This document shows, in pieces, positions 9,394 to 19,410 of a stretch of DNA of 64,000 nt. The notes under the pieces are model-generated. The model was given only the letters and a program-made list of their open reading frames with translations, was not told the DNA's origin and made no database searches. The position numbers and the translations under genes are program-made. The first letter of the stretch is position 1; the number at the start of each line of letters is the position of its first letter. Source of the stretch: Candidatus Caldarchaeum sp. (GTDB lineage Archaea; Thermoproteota; Nitrososphaeria_A; Caldarchaeales; Caldarchaeaceae); NCBI GenBank assembly GCA_038831915.1, contig JAWBKB010000001.1:96001-160000 (forward strand), read 5' to 3'.

Positions 9394-10649
9394 TGCTAAC
9401 AAACCAGGGCTTTAAACTGGTCGCGACTTTGCTCATTCTTTCTGTTGCGTCAACCACAATCGCGGTCTACCGACCCCTCACCCTCTCGGTTTACGTGATA
9501 ACACTTTTCGTGTTGATTTACGCTCTTTTTGCTCAACAGGGCCTTAAAGCGTTTAAGCCAAATGATTTCGCTTTTGTAAGGAAGTTAAGCAAAGTTTTGC
9601 CGACCGCTGGTGAAAAGTTTGATGTCTCGGTCTCCGTGGTAAACCGGTCTGGTCGCAGGGTTCGTGTGATGGTTATCGACAGCGCTGATGGACTTCGCCT
9701 CGTTGGAGGAACTTTGACAGCCGAAAAAACCCTAGACCCGGACGATTTTCTGGAAATCCAATATAGTTTGGCAGCTAACGCAAGAGGAATCTATCGAATA
9801 GGTCCGTTGAAAGTCCGGGTTTCGGATGACCAAGGCTTGGTCTGCAAATATTTCATTCTTGAGGACGAAATGAAAGTAACTGTGGTGAGTGCTGGCGTGG
9901 AAAGACCACGGCTGTCTGAAGCCGTGAAAAAAGTCAAGCCGACGCTTTTCAGCGGGTCTGGCTCTTCCTATGAGCAGGGTGTTGATGATGTTTTCCGAGA
10001 GCTGACGGTCTACGAGGAAGGCCAGCCGCTCAAGGCGATTGATTGGAGAAGAAGCGCGAGAGAAGACGGTGAAATCTATGTCCGCAAATACGACAAGCTA
10101 AATCTGCTTCGCGTTTTGTTTTTAATCGACTGCTCGCTTCCGAACAGCGTCGGTTCTCCGAGTCTGCTTGATTCATGCATTACGGCGGTGTCAGGGGCCG
10201 CGATGGCGATGTGCGAAAAAGGTGATTTGGTTACAGTAGCGACAATCGGTGCTTCGACGCCTGGGGTTTACCGAATATCGCGTATCCGAGAATTCGAAGG
10301 GTTGGTGAAGTTTCTCGCATCAATTGTGCCGGGTAAAAGCTCTGACATTCTCGAAGAGGTTAAACAGTTTAGGGGATACGACGTCGTTTTCATGTTGGGT
10401 AGATACGTTTGGGTCAGAGGAGAGTTACTCCGAGCAGTGTTTGAACATTTCAGAAGAAACGGTGCAATCGTCTTCCTTCTAGTGCCGCTTGCAGACGCAC
10501 AAAACAAAGTTGAAACAATCCTTAATCAGTTGGAGAAACACCGAATCGAATCACTCAAACAATACACTGGCTACGTTTTCGGTATCCAGCAGACAGAGTT
10601 GACTTCGCATTTAACATATCTTCACAAAACTCTGAGGATGACGGCATGA
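9393..10649 (+). CDS. DUF58 domain membrane protein (vWA-like)
   Basis: Two N-terminal TMs, RGIY.IGP, RE...Y..G..LK.IDWRRSAR, VRKYD, LIDCS; adjacent to MoxR. Confidence 0.85.
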   Translation: MLTNQGFKLVATLLILSVASTTIAVYRPLTLSVYVITLFVLIYALFAQQGLKAFKPNDFAFVRKLSKVLPTAGEKFDVSVSVVNRSGRRVRVMVIDSADGLRLVGGTLTAEKTLDPDDFLEIQYSLAANARGIYRIGPLKVRVSDDQGLVCKYFILEDEMKVTVVSAGVERPRLSEAVKKVKPTLFSGSGSSYEQGVDDVFRELTVYEEGQPLKAIDWRRSAREDGEIYVRKYDKLNLLRVLFLIDCSLPNSVGSPSLLDSCITAVSGAAMAMCEKGDLVTVATIGASTPGVYRISRIREFEGLVKFLASIVPGKSSDILEEVKQFRGYDVVFMLGRYVWVRGELLRAVFEHFRRNGAIVFLLVPLADAQNKVETILNQLEKHRIESLKQYTGYVFGIQQTELTSHLTYLHKTLRMTA

Positions 10650-11359
10650 TTGAGAAACTTCTTAAAATCAACGTTCTTTTTGCTCCCGCCTTTTTGTCAC
10701 TGATGACGCTGAGTCGCATAGAGCTCTCTAACCCGTTCGTTTTGGTCGGCCTGCTTTCGCTCATCATAATCTCTTCAACCGAAGGTTTCAAATGGGCTGG
10801 AATTGTCTTCGTTTACGTGCCCGCCGGCTACTGTGTTTATCTTCTATTAACCGGCGTTGTTTCTCCTTTCCTCGGACTTGCCGCGGGATACATCATTTCC
10901 ACACCTTTCGTGTTGCTGATTTCGGCCTATCGGAGCATCAACATGATAGGCTTGGTTTCAGGATATTATGCCTCTTACATGTTCGCCCTGCTGCTTAACA
11001 ACGCGGTGGGTGCAGGCGGAGTTCAACCTGAACGACTATTCATAACTGTCATCCGAAATTTGTTAGGCCTGTTTACCGCCGAAAGAATAAACGTGACACC
11101 GTCTGTTCCAGAGCCAGCAATACTCTATAACTCTCTGGCGGCTTTGGCCACTTTCTCTCTGATAATATTCTTCGTTCTACAAAACAATCCTCGAAAGCCG
11201 GAGTTCAACACCTATTTTGTCAAGTCGTTGGCCGCTGTGGCCGGAGCAACACTTCTGGTCGTCGGGTTATCCGATTTATGGCCGCCACTCAGCACATACA
11301 TTCTTTTAGCAGTTGTCGTAGGGCTTCTCGCCTTCACAGCATGGAAGATGCGTGAATAA
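10646..11359 (+). CDS. Hypothetical multi-pass membrane protein
   Basis: About 7 hydrophobic segments; ATGA overlap with the DUF58 gene. Confidence 0.65.
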   Translation: MIEKLLKINVLFAPAFLSLMTLSRIELSNPFVLVGLLSLIIISSTEGFKWAGIVFVYVPAGYCVYLLLTGVVSPFLGLAAGYIISTPFVLLISAYRSINMIGLVSGYYASYMFALLLNNAVGAGGVQPERLFITVIRNLLGLFTAERINVTPSVPEPAILYNSLAALATFSLIIFFVLQNNPRKPEFNTYFVKSLAAVAGATLLVVGLSDLWPPLSTYILLAVVVGLLAFTAWKMRE

Positions 11360-12875
11360 AATGAGCAGAACTTTCTGGACCTTGTTTTTCGCCGGCCTAG
11401 CTCTGATGCCTGTAGGAGTGAGTGGTCTAAATGATTACTGGCTGATAGGTTTTGGAGGAAACGTTTTTCTTCCTTTTCTCGACGGCGGAGTACTCGAATA
11501 TGATGTAGGAGAAAGTCTCGCTGTCAAAATTGTGGGGAGAGACGGGTTTGTGTGGGTTGTTTCCCCGGCGGGCGTCGTGGAAGAAGTATCGGTGGCAGAC
11601 GGCGAAGGAAAGGTGTTGAAGGAGTTTGGTTTTGGGGATATCGGCGAATGGATTGTGATAACAGACAGAAACGAAACTATGAAAGTCGTGGTCAGGCCGC
11701 CAGTTACGAGACCGTCCGTTCAGCTTTCGTTCAGTTTAGAAGGCAACGAAGTGAAAGCGACAGCTCTAACTTCTCGGCAGTCTTTCGCATTGTTCGCGGA
11801 AGGAAAAAGCGACACCGTGAAAGCCGCGGGCAGCGTGGTCGAAATAAGGCTTCCGGGAATCAACGAAACAAGAGTGAAAGCAGAAATCTATCGGGTCGAC
11901 CAGCCCATACGTTACAACGGAACGCTTAGCGGAATACAGTATAATGTGGAGGTTGAACAGCTTGTTTCGTCAACCATTTTGACTGGGCAGCGAATTAACG
12001 GAACCACGACTTTCACGGTCAAGATTCCTGATGAAGAGGAAACAACATCCGGAATCAAGCCCGTTGGGATAGGGCTTCACAGACTCAGGCTTTTATCCGC
12101 CTCCGACAGGAGACTTTTGTACGAAACGGAATTGATTGTAGTTCCCTCTTCCAAAAAGAATTTGGAAGGTTTGAGCAGGACTTTGTCTGTAGATTTTTGG
12201 GAGGCTTTTCGTAGAAACTACACTCTGATAGTTGGAGACGGCGTTGGAACCATATGGAGGATAACAATTAGACTTCCTGTAGTTGTTTTCCGCATTTTAG
12301 ACGACGAGCACCGACGATACCACGTAGGAGCCATGATCCAGATACCTGACGCATACACGAGAACAATCGGCTCAGAAATCATCGCGGTATTCACCACAAC
12401 GCTTGAAATCACTGACTACACCAACATGTCAGACTTCATCCCAACTCGGGAAACAGCCGCATCGATATCCTTCGACGCATCCTCGATAGAAACGTCCTCG
12501 TTGACCATTACAGCGGGAGATGTTATCGAGCTAGGGGTGTCTCTTTATGAAACAACCGTTGAACTTGTTTTCCCCAACGGAACAAAATACGAGGGCCCGC
12601 AAATCATCGAAATAAACGGAATAACTTATTCGAACACCAGAGCTCGCTACTTGCCCAGAGGAACATACACTGTCCGAGCCCTCAGTCCAGAAAGCTTCAC
12701 ATACGAAACTTTCTATTTAGCCAGAGATACGACTTGGACCATAATAGTGGTCGACAACTTGGCTGGGCTCGCTGGTCTCAGAGCCTCCGCCGTTCTTTTA
12801 GGCTTCTTGCTGATATATATCGCTTATAAAACGCTGAAGCTACGCAACACCTTTTACCGACCAAGTCGAAAGTAA
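11352..12875 (+). CDS. Cell-surface protein (signal peptide, beta-rich body, C-terminal TM anchor)
   Basis: N-terminal signal, Thr/Val-rich body with several N-x-S/T sequons, C-terminal TM plus basic tail. Confidence 0.65.
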   Translation: MNKMSRTFWTLFFAGLALMPVGVSGLNDYWLIGFGGNVFLPFLDGGVLEYDVGESLAVKIVGRDGFVWVVSPAGVVEEVSVADGEGKVLKEFGFGDIGEWIVITDRNETMKVVVRPPVTRPSVQLSFSLEGNEVKATALTSRQSFALFAEGKSDTVKAAGSVVEIRLPGINETRVKAEIYRVDQPIRYNGTLSGIQYNVEVEQLVSSTILTGQRINGTTTFTVKIPDEEETTSGIKPVGIGLHRLRLLSASDRRLLYETELIVVPSSKKNLEGLSRTLSVDFWEAFRRNYTLIVGDGVGTIWRITIRLPVVVFRILDDEHRRYHVGAMIQIPDAYTRTIGSEIIAVFTTTLEITDYTNMSDFIPTRETAASISFDASSIETSSLTITAGDVIELGVSLYETTVELVFPNGTKYEGPQIIEINGITYSNTRARYLPRGTYTVRALSPESFTYETFYLARDTTWTIIVVDNLAGLAGLRASAVLLGFLLIYIAYKTLKLRNTFYRPSRK

Positions 12876-12886
12876 AATGAGTATTC

Positions 12887-14026
12887 ATGAAAACAACTGT
12901 TTCAGTGATAAAAGCGGATGTTGGTAGTGTTGCTGGTCATAGTAAACCGCATCCGAAGATGATTGAACATGCTTCGAAAAAGCTTGAGAACGCGGAGCAG
13001 ACAGGCCTGATTAACAGCGGCTACGCAACACACTGCGGTGACGACATCATTTTGGTCATGACTCACAATCGAGGCGAAGACAATCCTGAAGTTCACGGCT
13101 TGGCTTGGGAAATATTCAAAGAAGTTACTGACAAAGTCGCGAAGCCCATGAAGCTTTACGGTGCGGGTCAAGACCTTTTGTCAGACGCGTTTAGCGGAAA
13201 CGTTAAAGGGCTGGGCCCGGGTGTGGCTGAGATCGAGTTTGAAGAAAGGAAATCAGACCCAATAATTGTTTTCGCAGCGGACAAAACAGAACCAGGTGCA
13301 TGGAACCTTCCGCTTTACCGCATCTTCGCTTCGCCCGACAACACAGCTGGCCTAGTGATTGACCCCACTCTTCACGACGGTTTCAAATTCGAAGTGCTCG
13401 ACCTCATCGAATCATGGTCAGTGATGATGAAAACTCCCGAAGAGCTTTATGACTTGGTTGCCCTTATCGGCACGGTGGGGAGATACGCTATATCCAAGGT
13501 TTACCGAGCTCGTGATGGTGAGCCAGCAGCCGCGGCGAGCACCACTCGTCTCAGCCTAATCGCGGGCCGTTATGTGGGAAAAGACGACCCCGTGATGGTT
13601 GTACGAGCCCAAGCAGGTTTTCCAGCTGTCGGCGAAATTCTCGCTGCTTTCGCGAACCCGCCAATTGTCTCTGGATGGATGAGAGGCTCGCATCGAGGGC
13701 CTTTGATGCCGGTTTCTTTCAAGAAGGGACATAATCTTGTTTCGTTCTTTGACGGGCCTCCGCGAGTTGTCGCCATGGGATGGCAGGTTGCTGACGGAAA
13801 GCTCATCGGAATTGAAGGAACAGAGCCTGTCGACCTCTTCGAAGACCCGTTCTGGGACATCGTCAGGGCGAAAGCAGCCGAAACCGCGTTAATGTTGAGA
13901 ACGATGGGGGAATTCGAACCCGCCAGACTCGGTCACGAAGAAATGGAATACACAACCCTTCCACAGATAATAGAAAGACTGAAGCCACGGTTCAAGCCGA
14001 TTGAAGCAAGAGCCGCGAAAAAATAG
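12887..14026 (+). CDS. fbp: Fructose-1,6-bisphosphate aldolase/phosphatase
   Basis: IKADVG, GDD, YGAGQDLL.D.FSGN, DKTEPGA, YVGKDDP, GWMRGSH.GPLMP. Confidence 0.96.
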   Translation: MKTTVSVIKADVGSVAGHSKPHPKMIEHASKKLENAEQTGLINSGYATHCGDDIILVMTHNRGEDNPEVHGLAWEIFKEVTDKVAKPMKLYGAGQDLLSDAFSGNVKGLGPGVAEIEFEERKSDPIIVFAADKTEPGAWNLPLYRIFASPDNTAGLVIDPTLHDGFKFEVLDLIESWSVMMKTPEELYDLVALIGTVGRYAISKVYRARDGEPAAAASTTRLSLIAGRYVGKDDPVMVVRAQAGFPAVGEILAAFANPPIVSGWMRGSHRGPLMPVSFKKGHNLVSFFDGPPRVVAMGWQVADGKLIGIEGTEPVDLFEDPFWDIVRAKAAETALMLRTMGEFEPARLGHEEMEYTTLPQIIERLKPRFKPIEARAAKK

Positions 14027-14050
14027 AGGCCTTCGGGGAATCGGCGGAAT

Positions 14051-14227
14051 TCAGAAATCTTCTTTCATCAACGTTTTTCTTCCGTTTGCTTGACATCTTT
14101 TCACAGCTTTCGCAATCAGTTCTTTGACGGCTTCGTTGAGTCCTTCGAGAGCGTCTCCTCCAAGCCTTATCCCCTCAGGCAGCAATTCCCTGACACGTGA
14201 TTCAACTACGATGGTTTCTTTCGCCAT
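14051..14227 (-). CDS. Histone-fold protein, 58 aa (face-to-face/alpha3-type archaeal histone); absent from ORF track
   Basis: MAKETIVVESRVRELLPEGIRLGGDALEGLNEAVKELIAKAVKRCQANGRKTLMKEDF; RKT motif, truncated third helix; upstream TTTAAA box. Confidence 0.88.
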   Translation of the reverse strand: MAKETIVVESRVRELLPEGIRLGGDALEGLNEAVKELIAKAVKRCQANGRKTLMKEDF

Positions 14228-14326
14228 TTCCAGTCGTCTATACGGGAAAAATAGGCTTTAAATCCTTTTCCGACGCCCTTCTAACAGGCAATATATAGGT
14301 ATTCTCACGTGAATACGCCATGCTTC

Positions 14327-14653
14327 TCAGAGTCTTCCCACCAACGTGTAGTGGCTTACCTTAGGTTTTTCAGCCAACAGCGGTTTTTCCGACGGATGAA
14401 TGAACGGCTCTCGCCAATCTCCGCCGGTGAAAGCCTTGATAGAATCTATGTCTCGCCAAAGAGACACCACTACTGCTGTCGCCGGCGAAGTGGAATAATC
14501 GATGCCGAAAAAGGCATCTATGCAGCCTTCGGTTTTACGCATTATTGGAGCGGCTTCTTCAACGGCGAAGCGTTCAAACTGCTTTTCCGCGTCCTTCTTC
14601 AAAGGACATGTCCAAACTCTGATAATCATGTGAGCCGAATCGATGATGTTCAT
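14327..14653 (-). CDS. Antibiotic-biosynthesis-monooxygenase (ABM)-like protein
   Basis: MIIRVW...EG...VSLW.D.DSIKAF.G.DW pattern. Confidence 0.7.
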   Translation of the reverse strand: MNIIDSAHMIIRVWTCPLKKDAEKQFERFAVEEAAPIMRKTEGCIDAFFGIDYSTSPATAVVVSLWRDIDSIKAFTGGDWREPFIHPSEKPLLAEKPKVSHYTLVGRL

Positions 14654-14690
14654 ACTTAAGGTTTATTGTTTCGCAGCCACAACATTTTGT

Positions 14691-15011
14691 ATGCAGTATT
14701 TTGAAGCTGTTCGGCGGGGCGAATTGGTGGCTCAGAGGGCGCAGCATTTTCTTTCAACTTACACCGGATACGCGGTTGCGGCGATGATGGTGAAAGAATC
14801 AAAGCATGGATGGGTTCCGGTAGGAGAGGAGAATCTTTACGCTATTGTTGAGAAAGAAGGTGAGATGGCAGTGGTTGTGGTTTGTGACAGCGACGGCTAT
14901 GTGAAAGCCATGTCAAACCCCCTTCCACGAAGAGTAGCTCAAAGCATCGCGTCGAAAATGGAGAAAGACGGGCTGAAGAAGTACACCGGGCCTCTCGTTC
15001 TACCTATTTAG
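14691..15011 (+). CDS. Conserved hypothetical protein
   Basis: Clean ORF; ATG at 14691 follows a TTTATT box. Confidence 0.6.
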   Translation: MQYFEAVRRGELVAQRAQHFLSTYTGYAVAAMMVKESKHGWVPVGEENLYAIVEKEGEMAVVVVCDSDGYVKAMSNPLPRRVAQSIASKMEKDGLKKYTGPLVLPI

Positions 15012-15746
15012 CAAATTCATGAACCGTTGTGCGTCATCGGCCATAGAAACGTTGTTAAACATAACATAAGCCTCCGACACGTTGAGTTGTTCGATTTTGG
15101 ACATAAGCCTCAACAAATCATTGTCGGTGTAGCGGTAAGAGTAGTTGACTTCGCGTTTTCCAAGCCCGTGGAGCCGGGTGTAGAGGATTTGTTGTATCTC
15201 TATAGGCTCGGTTCTTAACAAGTCAACCACGTGAATCAGCGATTTTTCGCAGATTTTCCTAATTGCCTCTCGGTTGGCTGCGAGTTTTCCACGCGGCTCC
15301 CAAGCTAGAGTGATGCCAAACGTTGACGCGTATTCGAAGAACTTGACCGCGTCTGATACGGTTGTTTCATCGTCAGGCATGGTGGGTGGAGTTTGGATAA
15401 CCACGATCTTCGCGTTCAGAACTCGTGCTATTTCAGCGGTTTTTTCCCATGCTTTGAAATTCTCTTTCATGGGTCTGAGAAATCCGTATCGCATGTTCTT
15501 TATACGATGCACGGGAATGCCAGACCTCCGCCATGTCGGGCTTGAAACAGGATGACTTATTGCCTGCCAAGCTTTCATGCAGAAAATAAACTCATGAGGA
15601 GCGTCGGCTCGCCATTTCGCGGCAGTTTCAACACGTGGAAGCCGGTAAAAAGTTTCCTGCAACTCAATCACCGGAAATTTGCGGAAATAAGCTTGTTTTC
15701 CCCCCTTAACAGCCCATCCGCAACAGCCCGTTAAGACCCTTTTCAT
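15000..15746 (-). CDS. DUF72 (YecE-like) protein
   Basis: GCCGW, ELQETFY.LP, MKAWQ.ISH, QTPP, WEPRG, RLHG, MFNN. Confidence 0.9.
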   Translation of the reverse strand: MKRVLTGCCGWAVKGGKQAYFRKFPVIELQETFYRLPRVETAAKWRADAPHEFIFCMKAWQAISHPVSSPTWRRSGIPVHRIKNMRYGFLRPMKENFKAWEKTAEIARVLNAKIVVIQTPPTMPDDETTVSDAVKFFEYASTFGITLAWEPRGKLAANREAIRKICEKSLIHVVDLLRTEPIEIQQILYTRLHGLGKREVNYSYRYTDNDLLRLMSKIEQLNVSEAYVMFNNVSMADDAQRFMNLLNR

Positions 15747-15806
15747 CAAAGAACGTTCTCCGTAGCTATGTAAATCTTTAAACCATCTCTTGACAAACAT
15801 TGTGGT

Positions 15807-16132
15807 GGTGGCGGCGGGAAAGGCCGGGGAGCCAGCCCTTCCCTGAACCCGAAACGGGCTTCATGCGGGGGCCGGATAACCCGCAGGGGCGCGTGAGGTC
15901 TTCCGGTTCATCGGCCGCGTGGAGACGATGAGGACACGCCGGATGGGGGCGCCGTAGACGGGTAAAGCCTTCGTAGGAAGGCTCCAACCGTCGAATGCGT
16001 CGAACCGTGTCAGGCCCGGGAGGGAGCAGCACTAAGACGCAGCGACGCAGCCCATCCATAAGCGTGTCCGAGTTTTCCACACGGTTCGAAAACCGGGCTA
16101 GGCCCTCGCCACCCTGGGGAGCCGCCGCCACC
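15807..16132 (+). ncRNA. ffs: Archaeal SRP (7S) RNA
   Basis: GC-rich 326 nt; terminal helix GGTGGCGGCGG/CCGCCGCCACC; helix-8 motif TCAGGCCC-GGGA-GGGAGCAGC; TTTAAA box upstream. Confidence 0.93.
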
Positions 16133-16172
16133 GATAAAACCCACTACACTAATATACGGCACGGAAAGAATT

Positions 16173-16727
16173 TTGTTGGTGGACGCGACGAGGATTCGGC
16201 AGTTTATCATGATCCGTCTGCCTGCTGCGGTCATAGCCATGGTTGTTTTGGTTGCTCTGCTCGCGGTGGGAGCGTTAATGCCGATTTCATATTTAGACGC
16301 ACGAGCCTTGGTTGATCAGTTTGACGAGCTATTGCCCACACTCATCGCAACGCCTGCAGGCATATTCTTCAACAACCTCTTCGCGTCGCTTTTAATGATG
16401 ATACCGGCCGTTGGAATCGTTTTAGCCGGCTTCATCGTCTATAACACAGGCGTTGTAATAGGAGCCTATTCTGTTGTCTCGAACACTCCAGTCGTTCTCG
16501 CGTTGTTGATCCCGTTTCTGACGGTTTACGGCTTCATCGAAATGTTGGCTTATGGATTCGCTGTTTCCCAAAGCTATTTCTTGGCATCTTCGGTCATCAA
16601 GAAAAATTTTCGAACAGAGCTGAAAATAGTTCCTTACACCCTGTTGGCCGTTGTCGCGTTGCTGTTCATAGGAGCCGTTCTCGAATGGGTTCTGATAGTT
16701 TTTTTCAGCGGAATGCTACCGGCTTAG
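16173..16727 (+). CDS. Stage II sporulation protein M (DUF95) family membrane protein
   Basis: IFFNN, NTG..IG, YG.IE and A.LE motifs. Confidence 0.8.
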   Translation: MLVDATRIRQFIMIRLPAAVIAMVVLVALLAVGALMPISYLDARALVDQFDELLPTLIATPAGIFFNNLFASLLMMIPAVGIVLAGFIVYNTGVVIGAYSVVSNTPVVLALLIPFLTVYGFIEMLAYGFAVSQSYFLASSVIKKNFRTELKIVPYTLLAVVALLFIGAVLEWVLIVFFSGMLPA

Positions 16728-17420
16728 CAGACGGAAAAAATGAGCCATGATGTCTCCTGCCAACAAGTTTAGGAAATAGCCAGCGGTGAAAAAAACAAGC
16801 AACGGTATCCCAGGAGTTATCCATACATCGTCTCTGTCAACACGGTCAAGCTCCTCAATAGCAATATTGAAACGAAACTTCCTCACACCGTCTTTTTCGT
16901 GTTCAATCACTCCCCAGAAAATTTTCCCAGCGGCTTTCTTCATCCTTGTTCCGAGAAACAACGCGAAGAGACGTCGGTAAAGTTTCTCATTTTCGAAGCC
17001 GGCGAAAATTTTTTCACCCCACAAAAGCCGGTAACAATTCAACGAAAAGAAGAAAATCGGAAGACTGATTGAAAGAATCATGCCGTTAGTGAGGACGGAC
17101 AGGGCGTTTACGCCGTGTAGCTGAGGCGCTGTAACTGAAAATGGCTGAACAAGAGCAACCATCGTTAATGCTTTGGCGTCAGCTCCTCCATACAATCCAC
17201 TGAAGTAGAAGGCGAACGCCACGCCGGCCGATATTAAAACAGCTAAACCGTATCGAATAAACGATTCTATACCGGTTGGCAAGAGAAAATACATGTTTAA
17301 CGCGATGCCGACGATGGAAGGAACCATCCAGACGACATCGTCAACTTCACGCTTTACCAGGTCTTGGTAGGATGAAAAAAGAAGAGTGACGCTAACGATT
17401 AAAGTACTCCAGTACTCCAT
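16716..17420 (-). CDS. Prepilin/preflagellin peptidase (A24; FlaK/PibD-like)
   Basis: YQDL..REV, GGADAKAL and VWITPGIP motifs. Confidence 0.88.
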   Translation of the reverse strand: MEYWSTLIVSVTLLFSSYQDLVKREVDDVVWMVPSIVGIALNMYFLLPTGIESFIRYGLAVLISAGVAFAFYFSGLYGGADAKALTMVALVQPFSVTAPQLHGVNALSVLTNGMILSISLPIFFFSLNCYRLLWGEKIFAGFENEKLYRRLFALFLGTRMKKAAGKIFWGVIEHEKDGVRKFRFNIAIEELDRVDRDDVWITPGIPLLVFFTAGYFLNLLAGDIMAHFFRLLSR

Positions 17421-17425
17421 CAGGT

Positions 17426-18679
17426 TTACGGCCAGACACCGAGGTAATTTATGGCTTCCGCTACCTTTTCAACGGCCAGTATCATCGCTCCCTGCCGCAT
17501 GGGCACCTCGTATTTCCGCGCTCTTTCATTCACTTCTTTGAATCCTTTCACGATTTTGGCTTCGAGCTTCGAATGCACTTCTTCGATGGTCCATGTCTCA
17601 CGTTTAAGGTTCTGAACCCATTCGAGATAGCTGACGGTAACACCGCCCGCGTTTGACAAAATATCCGGTATCACGGGAATCTTCCTTTCCTTCAAAACTC
17701 TGTCACCGTCCGGCGTCGTAGGCCCGTTAGCTCCTTCCGCGATGACTTTTGCATCAATTTTTTCAGCCACTTTAGCGTCGATTGCGTTTTCAAGTGCCGC
17801 TGGAATGAGTAGGTCACAGGACACGTGCAGCATTTCGTCCGATGAAAGTGGCTCGGCTCCGGGGAAGCCTACAACCGAGCCTGTCTTGTTTTTATGCTCA
17901 AGGACTTCGTGTGGGTCTAAGCCGTTGCGATTGTAGATTCCTCCTTTCGAGTCGCTCACCGCCACTATCTTCGCACCATATTCGTCGTGAAGGATTTTCG
18001 CGGCGTGATAGCCTACGTTTCCGTATCCTTGAATAGCTACTTTCGCGTCCTTCAACGGCTTCGACATGCTTTTGAAGAATTCACGAGCAGTGATTACGAC
18101 GCTTCGAGACGTGGCGTCAAGCCTGCCCAAACTTCCGTAGAGGCTGACCGGTTTTCCGGTCGCGACTTCAGGTGTGAAAACTCCTTTGAGCATGCTGTAT
18201 GTGTCAACCATCCACGCCATCGTTTGAGCGTCGGTGTAAACATCGGGCCCGGGAATGTCAAGGTATGGGCCGATTACATCGTATATCATGGACGTATACC
18301 TGCGTGTTATTCGTTCAAGCTCTGTTTTGCTCAAGTTTTTCGGGTTGCAGGCCACTCCTCCTTTCGCACCTCCATATGGAAGGTCTACCACTGCACATTT
18401 CCAAGTCATCAACATCGCCAAAGCGGTCACTTCATCGACGTCAACCGTTGGATAATATCTGACACCGCCTTTATACGGGCCTCTGGCGTTGCTGTGCTGA
18501 ACACGGATACCCGTGAAAACCTTGGTTTCACCGCTGTCAGTTTTTATCGGCACTGAAACTATCACTATTCTTTTAGGCCGTTTTAGAATCTCGTGAAGAC
18601 CTGGGTCAAGATTAAGATACTCAGCGGCTTCCTTTAAAGAGGATAAAACGCTGTTCAAAAAAAGGGTTCCAGTACTCAC
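17426..18679 (-). CDS. gdhA: Glutamate dehydrogenase
   Basis: RGPYKGG.RY, LPYGGAKGG, QGYGNVG, EGANGPTT, NAGGV.VSY.EW.QN. Confidence 0.95.
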   Translation of the reverse strand: MSTGTLFLNSVLSSLKEAAEYLNLDPGLHEILKRPKRIVIVSVPIKTDSGETKVFTGIRVQHSNARGPYKGGVRYYPTVDVDEVTALAMLMTWKCAVVDLPYGGAKGGVACNPKNLSKTELERITRRYTSMIYDVIGPYLDIPGPDVYTDAQTMAWMVDTYSMLKGVFTPEVATGKPVSLYGSLGRLDATSRSVVITAREFFKSMSKPLKDAKVAIQGYGNVGYHAAKILHDEYGAKIVAVSDSKGGIYNRNGLDPHEVLEHKNKTGSVVGFPGAEPLSSDEMLHVSCDLLIPAALENAIDAKVAEKIDAKVIAEGANGPTTPDGDRVLKERKIPVIPDILSNAGGVTVSYLEWVQNLKRETWTIEEVHSKLEAKIVKGFKEVNERARKYEVPMRQGAMILAVEKVAEAINYLGVWP

Positions 18680-18778
18680 AACTTTAAGAATTGTCTCTCA
18701 AAATAAAAGGATTATTTGAAATCATAGTGGTTGAAGTTTCGCCTGTGTCGGCGCAGACTAATATATCCGGCATAGTAT

Positions 18779-19396
18779 ATGTGCAACATGGAGGAAAAAT
18801 CCGTCGGCGACCGGAAGTTTCTTCTGCTGAGCTGGCTTGACGTAGAAAAGCAAATCGACGAATTAGCTGATGAAATAGTCGCTGATGGATATCCAGTGGA
18901 CACGATTGTAGGAATTCTCCGCGGAGGCGTTATCGTTGCCAATCTTCTTTCAGACGTTCTCGACATTCGTGAAATCTATGTCATCGGCTGTCAATCATAC
19001 AAGGGAACCAAACACGGTGAGTTGAAAATTTATCATGATTTGACCTTGCGAGATTTACGAGGTCGACATGTTCTGTTAGTCGATGACGTGGCTGACACAG
19101 GCTCGACTTTGGAAGCGGCTGTGGCGCAAATAATCAAACCACGTGAGCCCCGTGATGTTCGGACGGCGACTTTGCTGAAAAAGCCTTGGAGCAGCCACGT
19201 TCCCGACTACTGTACATCATCGACAGATGCATGGATTATTTTCCCGTGGGAAAGATTCGAAACAATTCGCTCTGTGGGAAAAATTTTAGTCGAAAGCCTC
19301 GGTCCCGAAAAGGCGGTTGAACAGCTCACGGGTTTTTCGCGTTTGAGCAGGAAGAAAGTCGCGTCTGTGCTCGAGTTTCCGCAGCGGACTTATTAG
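18779..19396 (+). CDS. Type I phosphoribosyltransferase (purine PRT-like)
   Basis: GILRGG, VLLVDDVADTGST, WIIFPWE. Confidence 0.9.
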   Translation: MCNMEEKSVGDRKFLLLSWLDVEKQIDELADEIVADGYPVDTIVGILRGGVIVANLLSDVLDIREIYVIGCQSYKGTKHGELKIYHDLTLRDLRGRHVLLVDDVADTGSTLEAAVAQIIKPREPRDVRTATLLKKPWSSHVPDYCTSSTDAWIIFPWERFETIRSVGKILVESLGPEKAVEQLTGFSRLSRKKVASVLEFPQRTY

Positions 19397-19410
19397 ATGG
19401 ATGGAGAAGG

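Noticed and set aside
15778-16315. ORFs 15778-16131(-), 15995-16315(+) and 16010-16240(-)
   Set aside because: Shadow ORFs over the GC-rich SRP RNA
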